In this document: in pieces, positions 1-10,108 of the stretch
How positions within the stretch are numbered: the first letter of the stretch is position 1
Layout of the letters: every line of letters starts with the position of its first letter
Source: Gammaproteobacteria bacterium
Lineage (GTDB): Bacteria; Pseudomonadota; Gammaproteobacteria; SURF-13
Direction of reading: 5' to 3'
DNA length: 64,000 nt
Assembly (NCBI GenBank): GCA_030680605.1
Contig: JAUXUQ010000010.1
Coordinates: forward strand, 148,826 to 212,825
Notes under the pieces: generated by a model
What the model saw: the letters and a program-made list of their open reading frames with translations, nothing else
Databases searched by the model: none
What the model was told of the DNA's origin: nothing
Translations under genes and position numbers: made by a program

Positions 1-1
1 G

Positions 2-1126
2 CGCAGTGAGCGATTACAACAGCTTGCAGAGAAGGAACGTCTGGCAAGCAGGCTGGAGACCCTGCTCAATGCATTGCCCGCCGCTGTCGTGGTGCTTGAT
101 GGATCAGGGTGTATCGCCGAGTATAATCCTGTCGCGTGTGATTTTCTGGGTGAGCCGCTGATGGGGCGGCGCTGGGCCGAGGTGTTTGACCGCGCATTTG
201 TTCCGCGCCTGGTCGAACAGCAGGAGCTCAGTCTGCGTGATGGGCGGCGCGTTCATATGTCGCAAAGCACGCTCGGCGCTGAGCCGGGACGCATTCTTCT
301 GTTCAAGGATGTGACTGAGGCGCGTGTGTTGCAGGAGCGTCTGGGCCACCACCAGCGTCTTTCGGCCATGGGTGAAATGACCGCCAGTCTTGCCCACCAG
401 ATACGTACACCGCTTGCGGTAGCACTGCTCTATAGCGAACAACTCCTCAATCCGGGTCATGCTCCGCAGGAAGTAAGGCGTTACGCTGAAAAAATCCGCT
501 CTCGCCTGCACCATCTGGAGGCGCTGGTTAACGATATGTTGTTGTTTGCACGTGACGGCAGTGGCGGAGAGGTGGAGCCATTGCCGGTTGGATCGTTGCT
601 GCATGAGTTTTCGCAGGCAATGGAAACCTACATATCAGCCGGTCAGTGTTCGCTGACCATCGTGGACGAAACGCACAATACACTGTTGCACGGTTATCAG
701 CAGGCCTTGCTGAGTGTGCTGCAGAATCTTGCCACCAATGCCATGCAGGCGTGTAACGGTAAAGCCCAGCTTGCTCTTGGTGCGCGGTCTGTCGTCGATG
801 GGCAAGGCTACCCGCAGGTATTGATTGCGCTCAGTGACAACGGGCCAGGCGTGCCTGTGGAGATACGCGAGCGCATCTTCGAGCCGTTTTTTACCACGCG
901 CTGCGACGGCACCGGGCTCGGACTTGCCGTAGTGCAATCTATCGTACATGCCCACCACGGCAGTGTGCGGCTTGAGTCGGTGCCCGGAAAAGGCAGTACT
1001 TTTATTCTGAGCCTGCCGGTCTTTTCCCCCGGGGAAGCAATGGCAAGCGGTGTCCGCACGACGACATTGAACAGCGCCACATCCCATCCCGATTTATCCA
1101 ACACTGCAACAAGGAGCACCCCATGA
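2..1126 (+). CDS. fleS: Flagellar sensor histidine kinase (FleS/FlrB-like), 5'-partial: the reading frame is open from the window edge
   Basis: H-box 'MTASLAHQIRTPL' and HATPase_c motifs (DxGxG 'LSDNGPGV', 'GTGLGLAVV'). Sits directly upstream of a sigma-54 response regulator and fliE. The frame has no stop back to position 2. Confidence 0.8.
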   Translation, partial: RSERLQQLAEKERLASRLETLLNALPAAVVVLDGSGCIAEYNPVACDFLGEPLMGRRWAEVFDRAFVPRLVEQQELSLRDGRRVHMSQSTLGAEPGRILLFKDVTEARVLQERLGHHQRLSAMGEMTASLAHQIRTPLAVALLYSEQLLNPGHAPQEVRRYAEKIRSRLHHLEALVNDMLLFARDGSGGEVEPLPVGSLLHEFSQAMETYISAGQCSLTIVDETHNTLLHGYQQALLSVLQNLATNAMQACNGKAQLALGARSVVDGQGYPQVLIALSDNGPGVPVEIRERIFEPFFTTRCDGTGLGLAVVQSIVHAHHGSVRLESVPGKGSTFILSLPVFSPGEAMASGVRTTTLNSATSHPDLSNTATRSTP

Positions 1127-2541
1127 GTTCGTCCACAGTTCTGGTTGTTGAAGATGATGCCTCGCTACGTGAAGCCTTGTGCGACACACTGCAGCAGGCG
1201 GGCTATGGTGTGGCTACTGCCGCAGACGGGCGTGCCGCGTTGGAGCTGTTGGGCGATAGTCAGCGTGGCCCGGCAATCGGCATGGTGGTGAGTGACGTGC
1301 AGATGAACCGTATGGACGGTCATACCCTGCTCAAGCAACTGAGACAGCAGCGGCCTGATTTACCGGTGTTGCTGATGACGGCCTATGGAACCATCAAGCA
1401 TGCAGTGGAAGCCATGCGTGATGGCGCGGTGGATTATCTTGTGAAACCATTCGAGGCCGAAGCCCTGATCCAGCGCGTTACACGCTTTGTGGTGCGGGAC
1501 ACGACTGCTGGTCCGGAGTGGACGACAAGGGATGCGCGCACGCGCGAGATTACGGAGCTGGCCCGGAGAGTGGCGGGCAGTGATGCAACCGTGATGATCG
1601 GTGGAGAATCCGGCACAGGCAAGGAGGTGCTGGCACGCTTTATTCATCAGCACTCGAGGCGCAGCAAGCAGCCGTTTATCGCCATCAATTGTGCGGCAAT
1701 ACCCGACAATATGCTGGAGGCAACGCTGTTCGGGTATGAGAAAGGTGCGTTCACAGGTGCCTACCAGGCCTGCCCCGGCAAGTTTGAGCAGGCCGATGGC
1801 GGTACCTTGTTGCTGGATGAAATATCCGAAATGAATCTTGGCCTGCAGGCAAAGCTGCTACGTGTGCTGCAAGAGCGCGAGGTAGAGCGGTTGGGTGGGC
1901 GCAAGACGATACCACTCAATGTGCGTGTTCTCACAACCTCGAACCGGATCATGCGGGAGGAGGTTTCCGCAGGACGTTTCCGCGAAGACCTGTTTTACCG
2001 GTTGAATGTATTCCCGCTTTACCTGCCGCCCCTGCGCGAACGCATCCAGGATATTCTGCCGCTTGCCACCCATCTTCTTGCGCGCCACGCGCGCGCCGCA
2101 GGCCAGACCAGGCCGGAATTTACACCAGCGGCGGAGCAGAAGCTGCTGGCCCACCAGTGGCCGGGGAATGTGCGGGAACTCGACAATCTGATTCAGCGTG
2201 TCCTGATCCTGCATTGCGGCGACAAGATTGGGGTCGAGGCCTTGTCATTCGATATCGACCAGGGCGGGCCTTCAGGCACTGAGACAGCCGTTACCGTGCA
2301 GGGTGATGTGCTGGGGCACGACCTCAAGGCGCGTGAGCAGGATCTCATTGTCGAGGCGTTGCGTGCTGGCCGGGGCAGCAGGAAATACGCGGCAGAACGT
2401 CTGGGTATCAGCGAACGCACACTGCGCTACAAGCTGGCGCGTCTGCGTGAGGCCGGTGTTTTTCTGCCAGGCTCGGTGCTGGATTCCGCGCAAACGAAAC
2501 CATTCAAGACCCAGGCCCGGTTTGGTGTGGAAAATGCATAA
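1123..2541 (+). CDS. fleR: Sigma-54-dependent flagellar response regulator (FleR/FlrC-like): REC + AAA+ sigma-54 activation + C-terminal Fis-type HTH domains
   Basis: N-terminal receiver 'LVVEDD...D' is followed by Walker A 'GESGTGKE' and the GAFTGA loop 'EKGAFTGA'. The C-terminus carries the HTH 'AAERLGISERTLRYKL'. The ATGA start overlaps the fleS stop. Confidence 0.88.
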   Translation: MSSSTVLVVEDDASLREALCDTLQQAGYGVATAADGRAALELLGDSQRGPAIGMVVSDVQMNRMDGHTLLKQLRQQRPDLPVLLMTAYGTIKHAVEAMRDGAVDYLVKPFEAEALIQRVTRFVVRDTTAGPEWTTRDARTREITELARRVAGSDATVMIGGESGTGKEVLARFIHQHSRRSKQPFIAINCAAIPDNMLEATLFGYEKGAFTGAYQACPGKFEQADGGTLLLDEISEMNLGLQAKLLRVLQEREVERLGGRKTIPLNVRVLTTSNRIMREEVSAGRFREDLFYRLNVFPLYLPPLRERIQDILPLATHLLARHARAAGQTRPEFTPAAEQKLLAHQWPGNVRELDNLIQRVLILHCGDKIGVEALSFDIDQGGPSGTETAVTVQGDVLGHDLKAREQDLIVEALRAGRGSRKYAAERLGISERTLRYKLARLREAGVFLPGSVLDSAQTKPFKTQARFGVENA

Positions 2542-2604
2542 CAGGAGCACAGTAACACGACCTCAAGCGGGTATAACCGCAGGGCTTGGGATCAGGAGGC
2601 GCAC

Positions 2605-2922
2605 ATGAATGATATTGACACTACACAGCTGCTTACACAGCTGCGCACGATGGCGGCACAGTCCCAGGGACTGTCGCCACCGACCACAGGGGCAGCCAGC
2701 ACAGATTTCTCCGGCCTGCTGAAGAATGCCGTAAACCAGGTCAACGAAACGCAGCAGACGGCCAGCAAGCTGGCATCTGCCTTCGAGACCGGCAACAGCA
2801 AGGCTGACCTGTCGGAAGTGATGGTGGCGCTGCAGAAGGCCAGTATTTCTTTTCAGGCCATGACGCAGGTGCGTAACAAGCTGGTATCGGCATACCAGGA
2901 CATCATGAACATGCAGGTATAA
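2605..2922 (+). CDS. fliE: Flagellar hook-basal body protein FliE
   Basis: 105 aa with the conserved FliE C-terminus 'FQAMTQVRNKLVSAYQDIMNMQV'. Lies upstream of fliF. Confidence 0.88.
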   Translation: MNDIDTTQLLTQLRTMAAQSQGLSPPTTGAASTDFSGLLKNAVNQVNETQQTASKLASAFETGNSKADLSEVMVALQKASISFQAMTQVRNKLVSAYQDIMNMQV

Positions 2923-2997
2923 GCAGTGGTGAGCAATAACAGCTTGCTGTCATGTGCTCGCTACTTGCTATTATCCACTCGCAACTGTATTTAATAT

Positions 2998-4630
2998 GAA
3001 AATGGATTATTCAGCCCCGATGCAAGGTTTCATGCGCTTGCCAATGGTGCGTCAGTTGATGCTCATGCTGGGCCTCGCGGCCAGCATATCGCTGGGTGTC
3101 ATGCTGGTGCAGTGGTCGCAGGAGCCAGGCTATCGTCCGCTTTACAGCAGCCTCGCGGACAAGGATATGGGCCATGTGGTAGACGCCCTGCAAAAGCTCA
3201 ATGTGCCGTACAAGATGGAGGGTGGCAGTGGTGCCATACTGATCCCGGCCGAGCGTGTGTATGATACGCGCCTGAAACTGGCTGCTCAGGGCTTGCCAAA
3301 AGGCACAGCCGGCGGCTTCGAAATCATGGATGAACAGCGGAGTCTGGGTACAAGCCAGTTTATGGAGGCGGCGCGTTATCAGCATGCCCTGGAAGGCGAG
3401 TTGGCGCGTACTATCGGTGCGCTCAGCAATGTGCAAAGTGCCCGTGTTCACCTGGCAATTCCGAAGCAGTCGGTGTTTCTGCGCAGCAAGCAGGATCCCA
3501 CTGCGTCAGTGATGGTAAACCTGTATGCCGGGAGAAACCTGGAAGAGGGCCAGGTGGCAGCCATTGTGCACCTGGTGGCATCCAGCATCCCCAACCTGGC
3601 AACGGGCAATGTGACGGTGATTGACCACAAGGGACAGCTGCTCACGGTGCAAGACGGTTCACGCGACATGCGTCAGAGTTCCAGCCAGCTGGCATACGCG
3701 CAGCGACTGGAGGAATCCTATATCCGTCGTATCGAGGAAATCATTACCCCTATTACGGGGGTCGGCAAGATGCGGGCGCAGGTGGTGGCTGACCTTGATT
3801 TTACACAGACGGAGCAGACCGCAGAAATTTTTGATGCCGAGAAACCAAAACTACGCAGCGAGCAGTCTAATCAGCAACAGACCGTAAACAGCGCGGGCGC
3901 CACCGGCGTACCGGGTGCATTGTCAAATCAGCCGCCGGTAGCTGCCACTGTCCAGGAGCCGACGGACGTTGATACCGTTAATCCGCCGGCTGACGCTACA
4001 TCTGCGCCGCCAGTGCCCATGAACAGCAGCAACAACACCGTGCGCAATTACGAACTCGACAAGACGATCAGTCATACCCGCAACCCTGCCGGCACCATAC
4101 GCCGTCTTTCGGTGGCGGTGGTGGTGGATGACCGTCAGGTTCTGGATGAAGACGAGGAACTGGTGCGGACGCCTCTGCAGCCTGAAGAGCTTGAGCGCAT
4201 CACCACCCTGGTGAAGGAGGCGGTGGGTTTCAGCGAAAAGCGCGGTGACACGGTAAATGTCATCAATGCCTCGTTTACTGCCCCTGAGGTGATAGAGCCG
4301 CTGCCGGAACCCTCGTTCTTCAGCAAGCCATGGGTGGCAACGGCGGGCAAGAACATCATGGCCGGTGCGTTTATACTCCTCATTGTCTTTGGCGTGCTGC
4401 GTCCGGTGCTGAGCGGACTGGCCACTCGGGCGCTGCCAGGACCGGCCCTGGACCAGGAGATGCTGATGGATGACCGGGTGAGTATCGGTGCAGGAGGGCG
4501 TCAAGGTAACCGACTGCCAGCTCCTGCCAATGATTACGAGACCAATCTGAACGCAACCAAGGCGCTTGCCGCGCAGGATCCGAAGCGCGTGGCGCAGGTT
4601 GTCAAGAACTGGGTGGCAAGCGATGGCTGA
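2998..4630 (+). CDS. fliF: Flagellar M-ring protein FliF
   Basis: About 545 aa with an N-terminal TM helix, the conserved 'LYSSLADKDMGHVVDALQKLNVPYK' region and a C-terminal TM helix. Start chosen at ATG 2998 (an alternative is 2954). Confidence 0.85.
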
Positions 4631-5636
4631 GGTCAGTACGCAACTTCCAGGTTCCGAGCGTGCGGCAATACTGTTGCTTACGCTGGGTGAGCAATATGCT
4701 TCGGAAGTACTCAAGCACATGGGGCCGAAGGAGGTGCAGAAGGTGGGCACCTCCATGGCTGCACTCGCCAATATTTCCAAGGATCAGGTGGGTGTGGTGC
4801 TGGCAGATTTCTGTAGCACCGCAGACAATCAGACTGCTCTGGGTGTCGGCTCGGATGACTATATCCGCAATGTGCTGGTTAAGGCGCTGGGCGAAGACAA
4901 GGCCGGCGGTGTTATCGACCGCATACTGCTTGGCAGCAACAGCAAAGGCCTGGAGGCCCTCAAGTGGATGGAGCCGCGTTCGGTGGCGGAAATCATTCGT
5001 CTTGAGCATCCCCAGATCATTGCCATCGTGCTGTCCTACCTCGACAGCGATCAGTCTGCCGAGGTGCTGGCGTTGTTCCCTGAGCGGGTGCGTGTCGATG
5101 TTCTGATGCGCGTGGCTACGCTGGATGGGATTCAACCCTCGGCGCTGCACGAGCTCGATGAAATCATGGAGCGGCAGTTTTCCGGAGACAGCACGAGTAA
5201 CGTCAAGTCATCCTCGGTGGGAGGTATCAAAACTGCTGCCAACATACTGAATAATATGGATAGCTCAGTCGAGTCCGGGCTTCTGGAGAAGGTGAAGGAG
5301 AACGACGCCGAGCTTGGGCAGAAGATACAGGATCACATGTTTGTGTTCGAAAACCTGCTGGAAGTGGACGACCGCGGGATCCAGGCGCTGTTGCGCGAGG
5401 TGTCGTCGGAAAATCTGCTGCTGGCGTTGAAGGGCGCAGACCAGGCGATGAAGGACAAGATTTTCAAAAATATGTCGAAGCGCGCATCGGAAATGATGCG
5501 CGACGACCTCGAGGCCAAGGGGCCAGTGAAACTGTCAGAGGTAGAGGCGGCGCAGAAGGAAATCCTGACCGTTGCACGCCGCATGGCAGATGCCGGACAG
5601 TTGGCGCTGGGCGGCGGTGGCGAAGAGTATGTCTAG
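4623..5636 (+). CDS. fliG: Flagellar motor switch protein FliG
   Basis: Conserved FliG N-terminus 'AAILLLTLGEQYASEVLKHM' and the C-terminal torque helix. The ATGGCTGA start overlaps the fliF stop. Confidence 0.88.
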   Translation: MAEVSTQLPGSERAAILLLTLGEQYASEVLKHMGPKEVQKVGTSMAALANISKDQVGVVLADFCSTADNQTALGVGSDDYIRNVLVKALGEDKAGGVIDRILLGSNSKGLEALKWMEPRSVAEIIRLEHPQIIAIVLSYLDSDQSAEVLALFPERVRVDVLMRVATLDGIQPSALHELDEIMERQFSGDSTSNVKSSSVGGIKTAANILNNMDSSVESGLLEKVKENDAELGQKIQDHMFVFENLLEVDDRGIQALLREVSSENLLLALKGADQAMKDKIFKNMSKRASEMMRDDLEAKGPVKLSEVEAAQKEILTVARRMADAGQLALGGGGEEYV

Positions 5637-6261
5637 GGTCATACCAAGTGAGGAGCTTAGTGACTATAAAGAAGGCGAAGCCCCCTGGGTGCATGTTTCA
5701 GAAATCGCAGCTAATGGCTCGGGCAAGATCACCGCGAATCAGCTCGAACTGCTGCAGAAACAGGCCTATGACGAGGGCTTTGCGCTGGGGCACCGTGAAG
5801 GGCTGGCTGCGGGGAAGGCTGAGCTGCATGCGAATGCCCAGAGACTGAATCAGTTGATGGTAAAGTTAAATACCCCCTTCATCGATCTCGACCAGCAGGT
5901 GGAGCAAGAACTGCTGCTGCTGGTGATGACAATGGTAAAGCAGATGGTGCGGCGTGAGATAAAGGCCGATCCTGGCCAGGTGGTGGCGGTGGTGCGGGAG
6001 GCGATGGCCAGCTTGCCGGTAGTTGCACGGAACGCGCGTCTGAACGTGCATCCTGAGGATGCAGCACTGCTGCGGGATGTGCTGGCGATGGGCGAAGAGA
6101 GTGCATCATGGCGCATCGTCGAAGATCCGGTGCTGACGCGTGGCGGCTGCCGGGTAGTCACAGATACATCCTATATCGATGCGAGCGTGGAGACGAGACT
6201 GGCCACACTGATCGCCAATCTCATGGGGGGCGGACGCGAACATGACACAGCGTCACGCTAA
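5630..6261 (+). CDS. fliH: Flagellar assembly protein FliH
   Basis: About 210 aa and positioned between fliG and fliI. ATG 5630 overlaps the fliG stop codon. The middle of the protein is charged and helical. Confidence 0.7.
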
Positions 6262-7657
6262 CGCTTCTCCCGGACTCGATCGTGCACCACTATGGAGTAT
6301 GCGGCTTGCGCAGCTGCGTGAGCGAATCAAGGTCCCGCCTGCACTGGTGGTAGAGGGAAAGCTTACGCGCATGGTTGGACTGACGCTGGAGGCCGTAGGC
6401 TGCCGGGCTGCGATAGGCGCACGGTGCCTGATTATCGGTCCGGATGGAGGCAAGGTTGAAAGTGAGGTAGTGGGATTCTCCGGCGATAAACTGTTTCTGA
6501 TGCCAACGGGAGATACGCGCGGGATCAGTGCCAATGCCCGTGTAATTCCGGAGGAAGGTGGCTATGAAGCCATGGTGGGAAAAACGCTGCTGGGGCGGGT
6601 GCTGGATGGTGCAGGATGCCCGCTTGACGGGCTTGGTGCGCTGCAGCTGGAAAAGCGCATGCCACTTACAGGCAGAACCATCAACCCGCTGGCGCGGCGC
6701 CCTATTCGCGAACCGCTCGATGTCGGTGTGCGCGCCATCAACGCACTTGCCAGTGTTGGCCGTGGCCAGCGCATGGGTTTGTTTGCCGGCAGTGGCGTGG
6801 GTAAAAGTGTGCTGCTCGGCATGATGACGCGCTTTACCAGCGCCGATGTGATCGTAGTGGGGCTGATTGGCGAGCGTGGACGTGAAGTAAAGGAGTTCAT
6901 TGAAAATATCCTCGGTCCTGAGGGGATGTCCCGCGCGGTGGTGGTGGCGGTACCGGCGGACAATCCGCCCCTGCTGCGCATGCAGGGCGCGGCACTGGCT
7001 ACCACCATCGCCGAGTACTTTCGCGACCAGGGCCAGCAGGTGCTGTTGCTGATGGATTCGCTAACGCGCTATGCCCAGGCGCAACGTGAAATTGGCCTCG
7101 CAATCGGGGAGCCGCCAGCGACCAAGGGTTACCCGCCATCGGTTTTTGCCAAGCTGGCACAACTGGTCGAGCGGGCTGGCAATGCGGATATCGCTGGAGG
7201 GTCCATCACGGCTTTTTACACTGTGCTTACGGAAGGTGACGATCAGAGCGACCCAATCGCTGATGCCGCGCGTGCCATCCTGGATGGCCACATCGTCCTG
7301 TCGCGCCGGCTGGCCGAGGGTGGACATTATCCCGCGATCGATACCGAAGCCTCCATCAGCCGTGCCATGGCGGATATCACGACGCCAGCGCACCAGCAGG
7401 AGGCGCGGCGTTTCAAGCAGCTGTATTCCACCTATCAACAAGGGCGCGATCTTATCAGTGTCGGTGCGTACACGCCGGGCAGTGATCGCCAGCTGGATGA
7501 GGCCATAGCGATCAACCCTCGGCTGATCGACTTCCTGCAGCAGGACATGCACCAGCAGGTGACACTCAACGACAGCTTGCACGACCTGGCACAATTGATC
7601 AAGACGGCTGACGTGGAACCGGTATTGAGCCAGCAGGATGTCAAGGATCTGGTTTAA
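6242..7657 (+). CDS. fliI: Flagellum-specific ATP synthase FliI
   Basis: Walker A '[11 protein letters not shown]' and Walker B '[12 protein letters not shown]', with F1-ATPase beta-like organisation. Confidence 0.92.
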   Translation: MTQRHANASPGLDRAPLWSMRLAQLRERIKVPPALVVEGKLTRMVGLTLEAVGCRAAIGARCLIIGPDGGKVESEVVGFSGDKLFLMPTGDTRGISANARVIPEEGGYEAMVGKTLLGRVLDGAGCPLDGLGALQLEKRMPLTGRTINPLARRPIREPLDVGVRAINALASVGRGQRMGLFAGSGVGKSVLLGMMTRFTSADVIVVGLIGERGREVKEFIENILGPEGMSRAVVVAVPADNPPLLRMQGAALATTIAEYFRDQGQQVLLLMDSLTRYAQAQREIGLAIGEPPATKGYPPSVFAKLAQLVERAGNADIAGGSITAFYTVLTEGDDQSDPIADAARAILDGHIVLSRRLAEGGHYPAIDTEASISRAMADITTPAHQQEARRFKQLYSTYQQGRDLISVGAYTPGSDRQLDEAIAINPRLIDFLQQDMHQQVTLNDSLHDLAQLIKTADVEPVLSQQDVKDLV

Positions 7658-7687
7658 ACGTATCACTTACCTTCGAAGATCACAGAA

Positions 7688-8128
7688 ATGACAAAATCAC
7701 AGCGGCTTTCACCTATTGCCCAAATCGCTGAAGCAAGAGAGCTCAGCGCGTCGCACATACTGGCTCAGGCACAACGCATGTTGAGTGAGGGTGAGGAGCG
7801 ATTGTCCGAGTTGCTCTCCTACCGCGATGAATATCAGCGGCGTTTGCATGAGGCGGGCGCGGCAGGCCTTGCCTCCGGGCATATGCAGGAGTACCTGTTA
7901 TTCATTGCCAAGCTCGACCAGGCAGTCGGGAGTCAGCGTGAACGGCTGCAGGAGGCGGCGCTCAACTACGAGCAGCAAAAAGTACACTGGCTTGCATTGC
8001 ATGGCAAGACGCTTGCCTTGGACAAGGCAGTGGAGCGGTGCCGGGGTGAAGAGTCGCGCATGGATGATCGGCGCGAGCAGCGTGAAGCGGACGAACGTGC
8101 ACAATACGCCAAGCCGAAATCCAGCTGA
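7688..8128 (+). CDS. fliJ: Flagellar export chaperone FliJ
   Basis: 146-aa coiled-coil protein downstream of fliI, with a FliJ-like N-terminus 'LSPIAQIAEARELSASHILAQAQ'. Confidence 0.75.
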   Translation: MTKSQRLSPIAQIAEARELSASHILAQAQRMLSEGEERLSELLSYRDEYQRRLHEAGAAGLASGHMQEYLLFIAKLDQAVGSQRERLQEAALNYEQQKVHWLALHGKTLALDKAVERCRGEESRMDDRREQREADERAQYAKPKSS

Positions 8129-8240
8129 ACCAAGCCTCTCTACATTTGACCTAAGCGCTGTTTAATTCGATGCTTGGCAACAGGCTAAGCAGCGTCCAAC
8201 CATATAAATCCACACTATTAGTATTTAATTTCTCCCGCGC

Positions 8241-8263
8241 CATATATGATGGCATCATATATG
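8241..8263. promoter_or_regulatory. Perfect 11-1-11 palindrome CATATATGATG-g-CATCATATATG in an AT-rich intergenic island (candidate dimeric-regulator operator)
   Basis: Read directly: positions 8241-8251 are the reverse complement of 8253-8263. It is the only strongly AT-rich stretch in the window. Confidence 0.5.
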
Positions 8264-8313
8264 CAAGCTATAAATGTGCGAAATCTTATGCAAGGTTACG
8301 CTCCTAGTTTTTT

Positions 8314-8349
8314 GGAGCTATGGGTGTTTGACATCCATAGCTCTTTTTC
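8314..8349. terminator. Rho-independent, potentially bidirectional terminator between convergent fliJ and yggT
   Basis: Stem GGAGCTATGG (8314-8323) pairs with CCATAGCTC (8335-8343) around an 11-nt loop. It is followed by TTTTTCTT and preceded by a T-run that gives a U-tract on the opposite strand. Confidence 0.6.
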
Positions 8350-8673
8350 TTGGGCGCCTGTCTTAATGGCAATGGCGTGCCTGTTGAGAAATATTCTTTA
8401 AAAGCCAGCAGCTTCAGTATCAGGAACGACAGCGGCAAGCAGTAAGAAGGGTGCTAGGTGCTCGCGGTAGATGGCGGCGCAGATACACATCGGCTGTTGT
8501 GCCGTGCCTTACGGTAGGTCGGATATTACTGCCTGCTTGAGGTTAGGGGTGGACGCGCAGCTGACTATATTGGAGGGCGAGTATGGCAGTGTACGAGTTG
8601 GCGCTCGAGGCAGTGCGTGCGCCAGCTGTATCGCCAGGGCCAGAGGTGGTCTAGCGGTAAGGTTTGCCCGTCC

Positions 8674-9243
8674 TTATCCCAGCGCCAAGGCGCGCAGGGG
8701 TGCGACAATCAGCATTGAGGCCAACTGTAATGCGATCAATACTACAATAGGAGACAGGTCCAACCCACCCATTGGAGGCACCATGCGACGTGCCGGTGCC
8801 AGCAGTGGTTCATTCAGGCTGTGTAACAGGGCGGTCAGCGGGTTGTGTTCGCCCGGGCGGATCCAGCTCAGGATGACCTGTATCAGAATCGAAAACAGAA
8901 ATACATGAAACAGAAGTCCGAGTAGTTCGGCCACCGAAACCAGCAATAAACTCCCGATGTTCCAGCTGTGGCCGGCGAGCAGGCCAAGCAGCACAAGTTC
9001 CGTCATCTTCAATGCCAGCAACAGCAGTACCGAGGCGAGGTCGATATTGAGCAGCCCCGGTATGACGCGCCGCAGCGGTACGACGACAGGATTGGTGGCC
9101 TTGACCAGAAACTGTGAAAGCGGGTTGTAAAAGTCGGCGCGTACCAGCTGCAGTAACAGGCGCAACAGCACGATGAGGATGTATAGATGAAACAGGGTCT
9201 GTATCAGGAACACCCCGGCATTGCTGAAATATCCGCCACTCAT
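8674..9243 (-). CDS. yggT: YggT family inner-membrane protein
   Basis: 189 aa with multiple TM helices. The proC-yggT adjacency matches the conserved yggS-proC-yggT cluster. Confidence 0.75.
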   Translation of the reverse strand: MSGGYFSNAGVFLIQTLFHLYILIVLLRLLLQLVRADFYNPLSQFLVKATNPVVVPLRRVIPGLLNIDLASVLLLLALKMTELVLLGLLAGHSWNIGSLLLVSVAELLGLLFHVFLFSILIQVILSWIRPGEHNPLTALLHSLNEPLLAPARRMVPPMGGLDLSPIVVLIALQLASMLIVAPLRALALG

Positions 9244-10067
9244 GTACTCTCTCCCAACAGGTGAGCAAGCTCTACAGAGCGCGCGTGTGCTGCACGCAGC
9301 GCCGATTCAAACAGGGTCTCGATATGACCTTCTTGCAGCACGCGTAGGGCCTGCTCTGTGGTGCCTCCCGGCGATGTGACGCGTACGCGCAGTGCGCGGC
9401 AGTCCTCACTGCTCTCCAGGGCCATTTTGGCGGCGCCGAAGGCGGTTTCCAGTGTCAGCAGGTGCGCGGTGTCGCGCGGCAGGCCGAGCCGGATGGCGGC
9501 TTCTTCCAGCGCTTCCATCACCAGAAAAAAATAGGCAGGGCCGCTGCCGGACAGGGCGGTGACCGCATCCATTTGGGATTCATCCGTGAGCCACAGGGTA
9601 AGGCCTACTGCGCGCAGGATATTTTCGGCCTGGCTGCGCTGTGCCTCCGAGACCCGGGCGTTGGCATGCATCGCGGTGGCACCGCTACCGACCAGTGCGG
9701 GTGTGTTGGGCATGGCCCGCACCAGTGCGAGATTGCCGCCCAGCCAGTTGGACAGCGCCGATTCGCGGATTCCGGCAGCAATAGAGATGACCAATGGCCG
9801 GTGTTTCTGTGCCAGAGGTCCGAGCTCGCATGCCACTATTTTCAGTGCCTGCGGCTTGACGGCAAATACAAGTATCTCGGCATGCAGCACGGCATCGTGA
9901 TTCGAAGTGGCTGTATGCACCGCGTAATCGCGTTGCAGTGCGTTGAGCTTGTCCTGATCGGGATCCGTAACCCAGATCTTTCCGGGCGTGCAGCCATCGG
10001 CGATCAGCCCCCCGATCAGGCTGCGCGCCATGTTGCCGCCGCCAATAAAGACAATGGTGTTTTTCAT
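9240..10067 (-). CDS. proC: Pyrroline-5-carboxylate reductase
   Basis: N-terminal Rossmann motif 'IVFIGGGNMARSLIGGL' and the P5CR C-terminal dimerisation domain 'SPGGTTEQALRVLQE'. Confidence 0.9.
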   Translation of the reverse strand: MKNTIVFIGGGNMARSLIGGLIADGCTPGKIWVTDPDQDKLNALQRDYAVHTATSNHDAVLHAEILVFAVKPQALKIVACELGPLAQKHRPLVISIAAGIRESALSNWLGGNLALVRAMPNTPALVGSGATAMHANARVSEAQRSQAENILRAVGLTLWLTDESQMDAVTALSGSGPAYFFLVMEALEEAAIRLGLPRDTAHLLTLETAFGAAKMALESSEDCRALRVRVTSPGGTTEQALRVLQEGHIETLFESALRAAHARSVELAHLLGEST

Positions 10068-10108
10068 GGGTTCAAGTGTAGCGTATGGAATGTTACAGGC
10101 GCCAGAGT

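Noticed and set aside
2542-2997. Looked for sigma-54 (TGGCAC-N5-TTGCA) promoters upstream of fliE and fliF
   Set aside because: No match with correct GG-N10-GC spacing could be read. The promoters may lie inside upstream coding sequence or not be sigma-54 dependent.
8248-8403. 51-codon ORF (MMASYMQAINVRNL...) in the AT-rich fliJ/yggT gap, spanning the terminator hairpin
   Set aside because: No Shine-Dalgarno. Composition is unlike the genome's codon usage. It reads straight through the terminator stem, so it is more likely non-coding (possible sRNA) than a peptide gene.
8471-8908. 145-aa plus-strand ORF overlapping yggT antisense
   Set aside because: Fully antisense to a well-supported gene in a GC-rich genome, where long spurious ORFs are common. 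No motifs.
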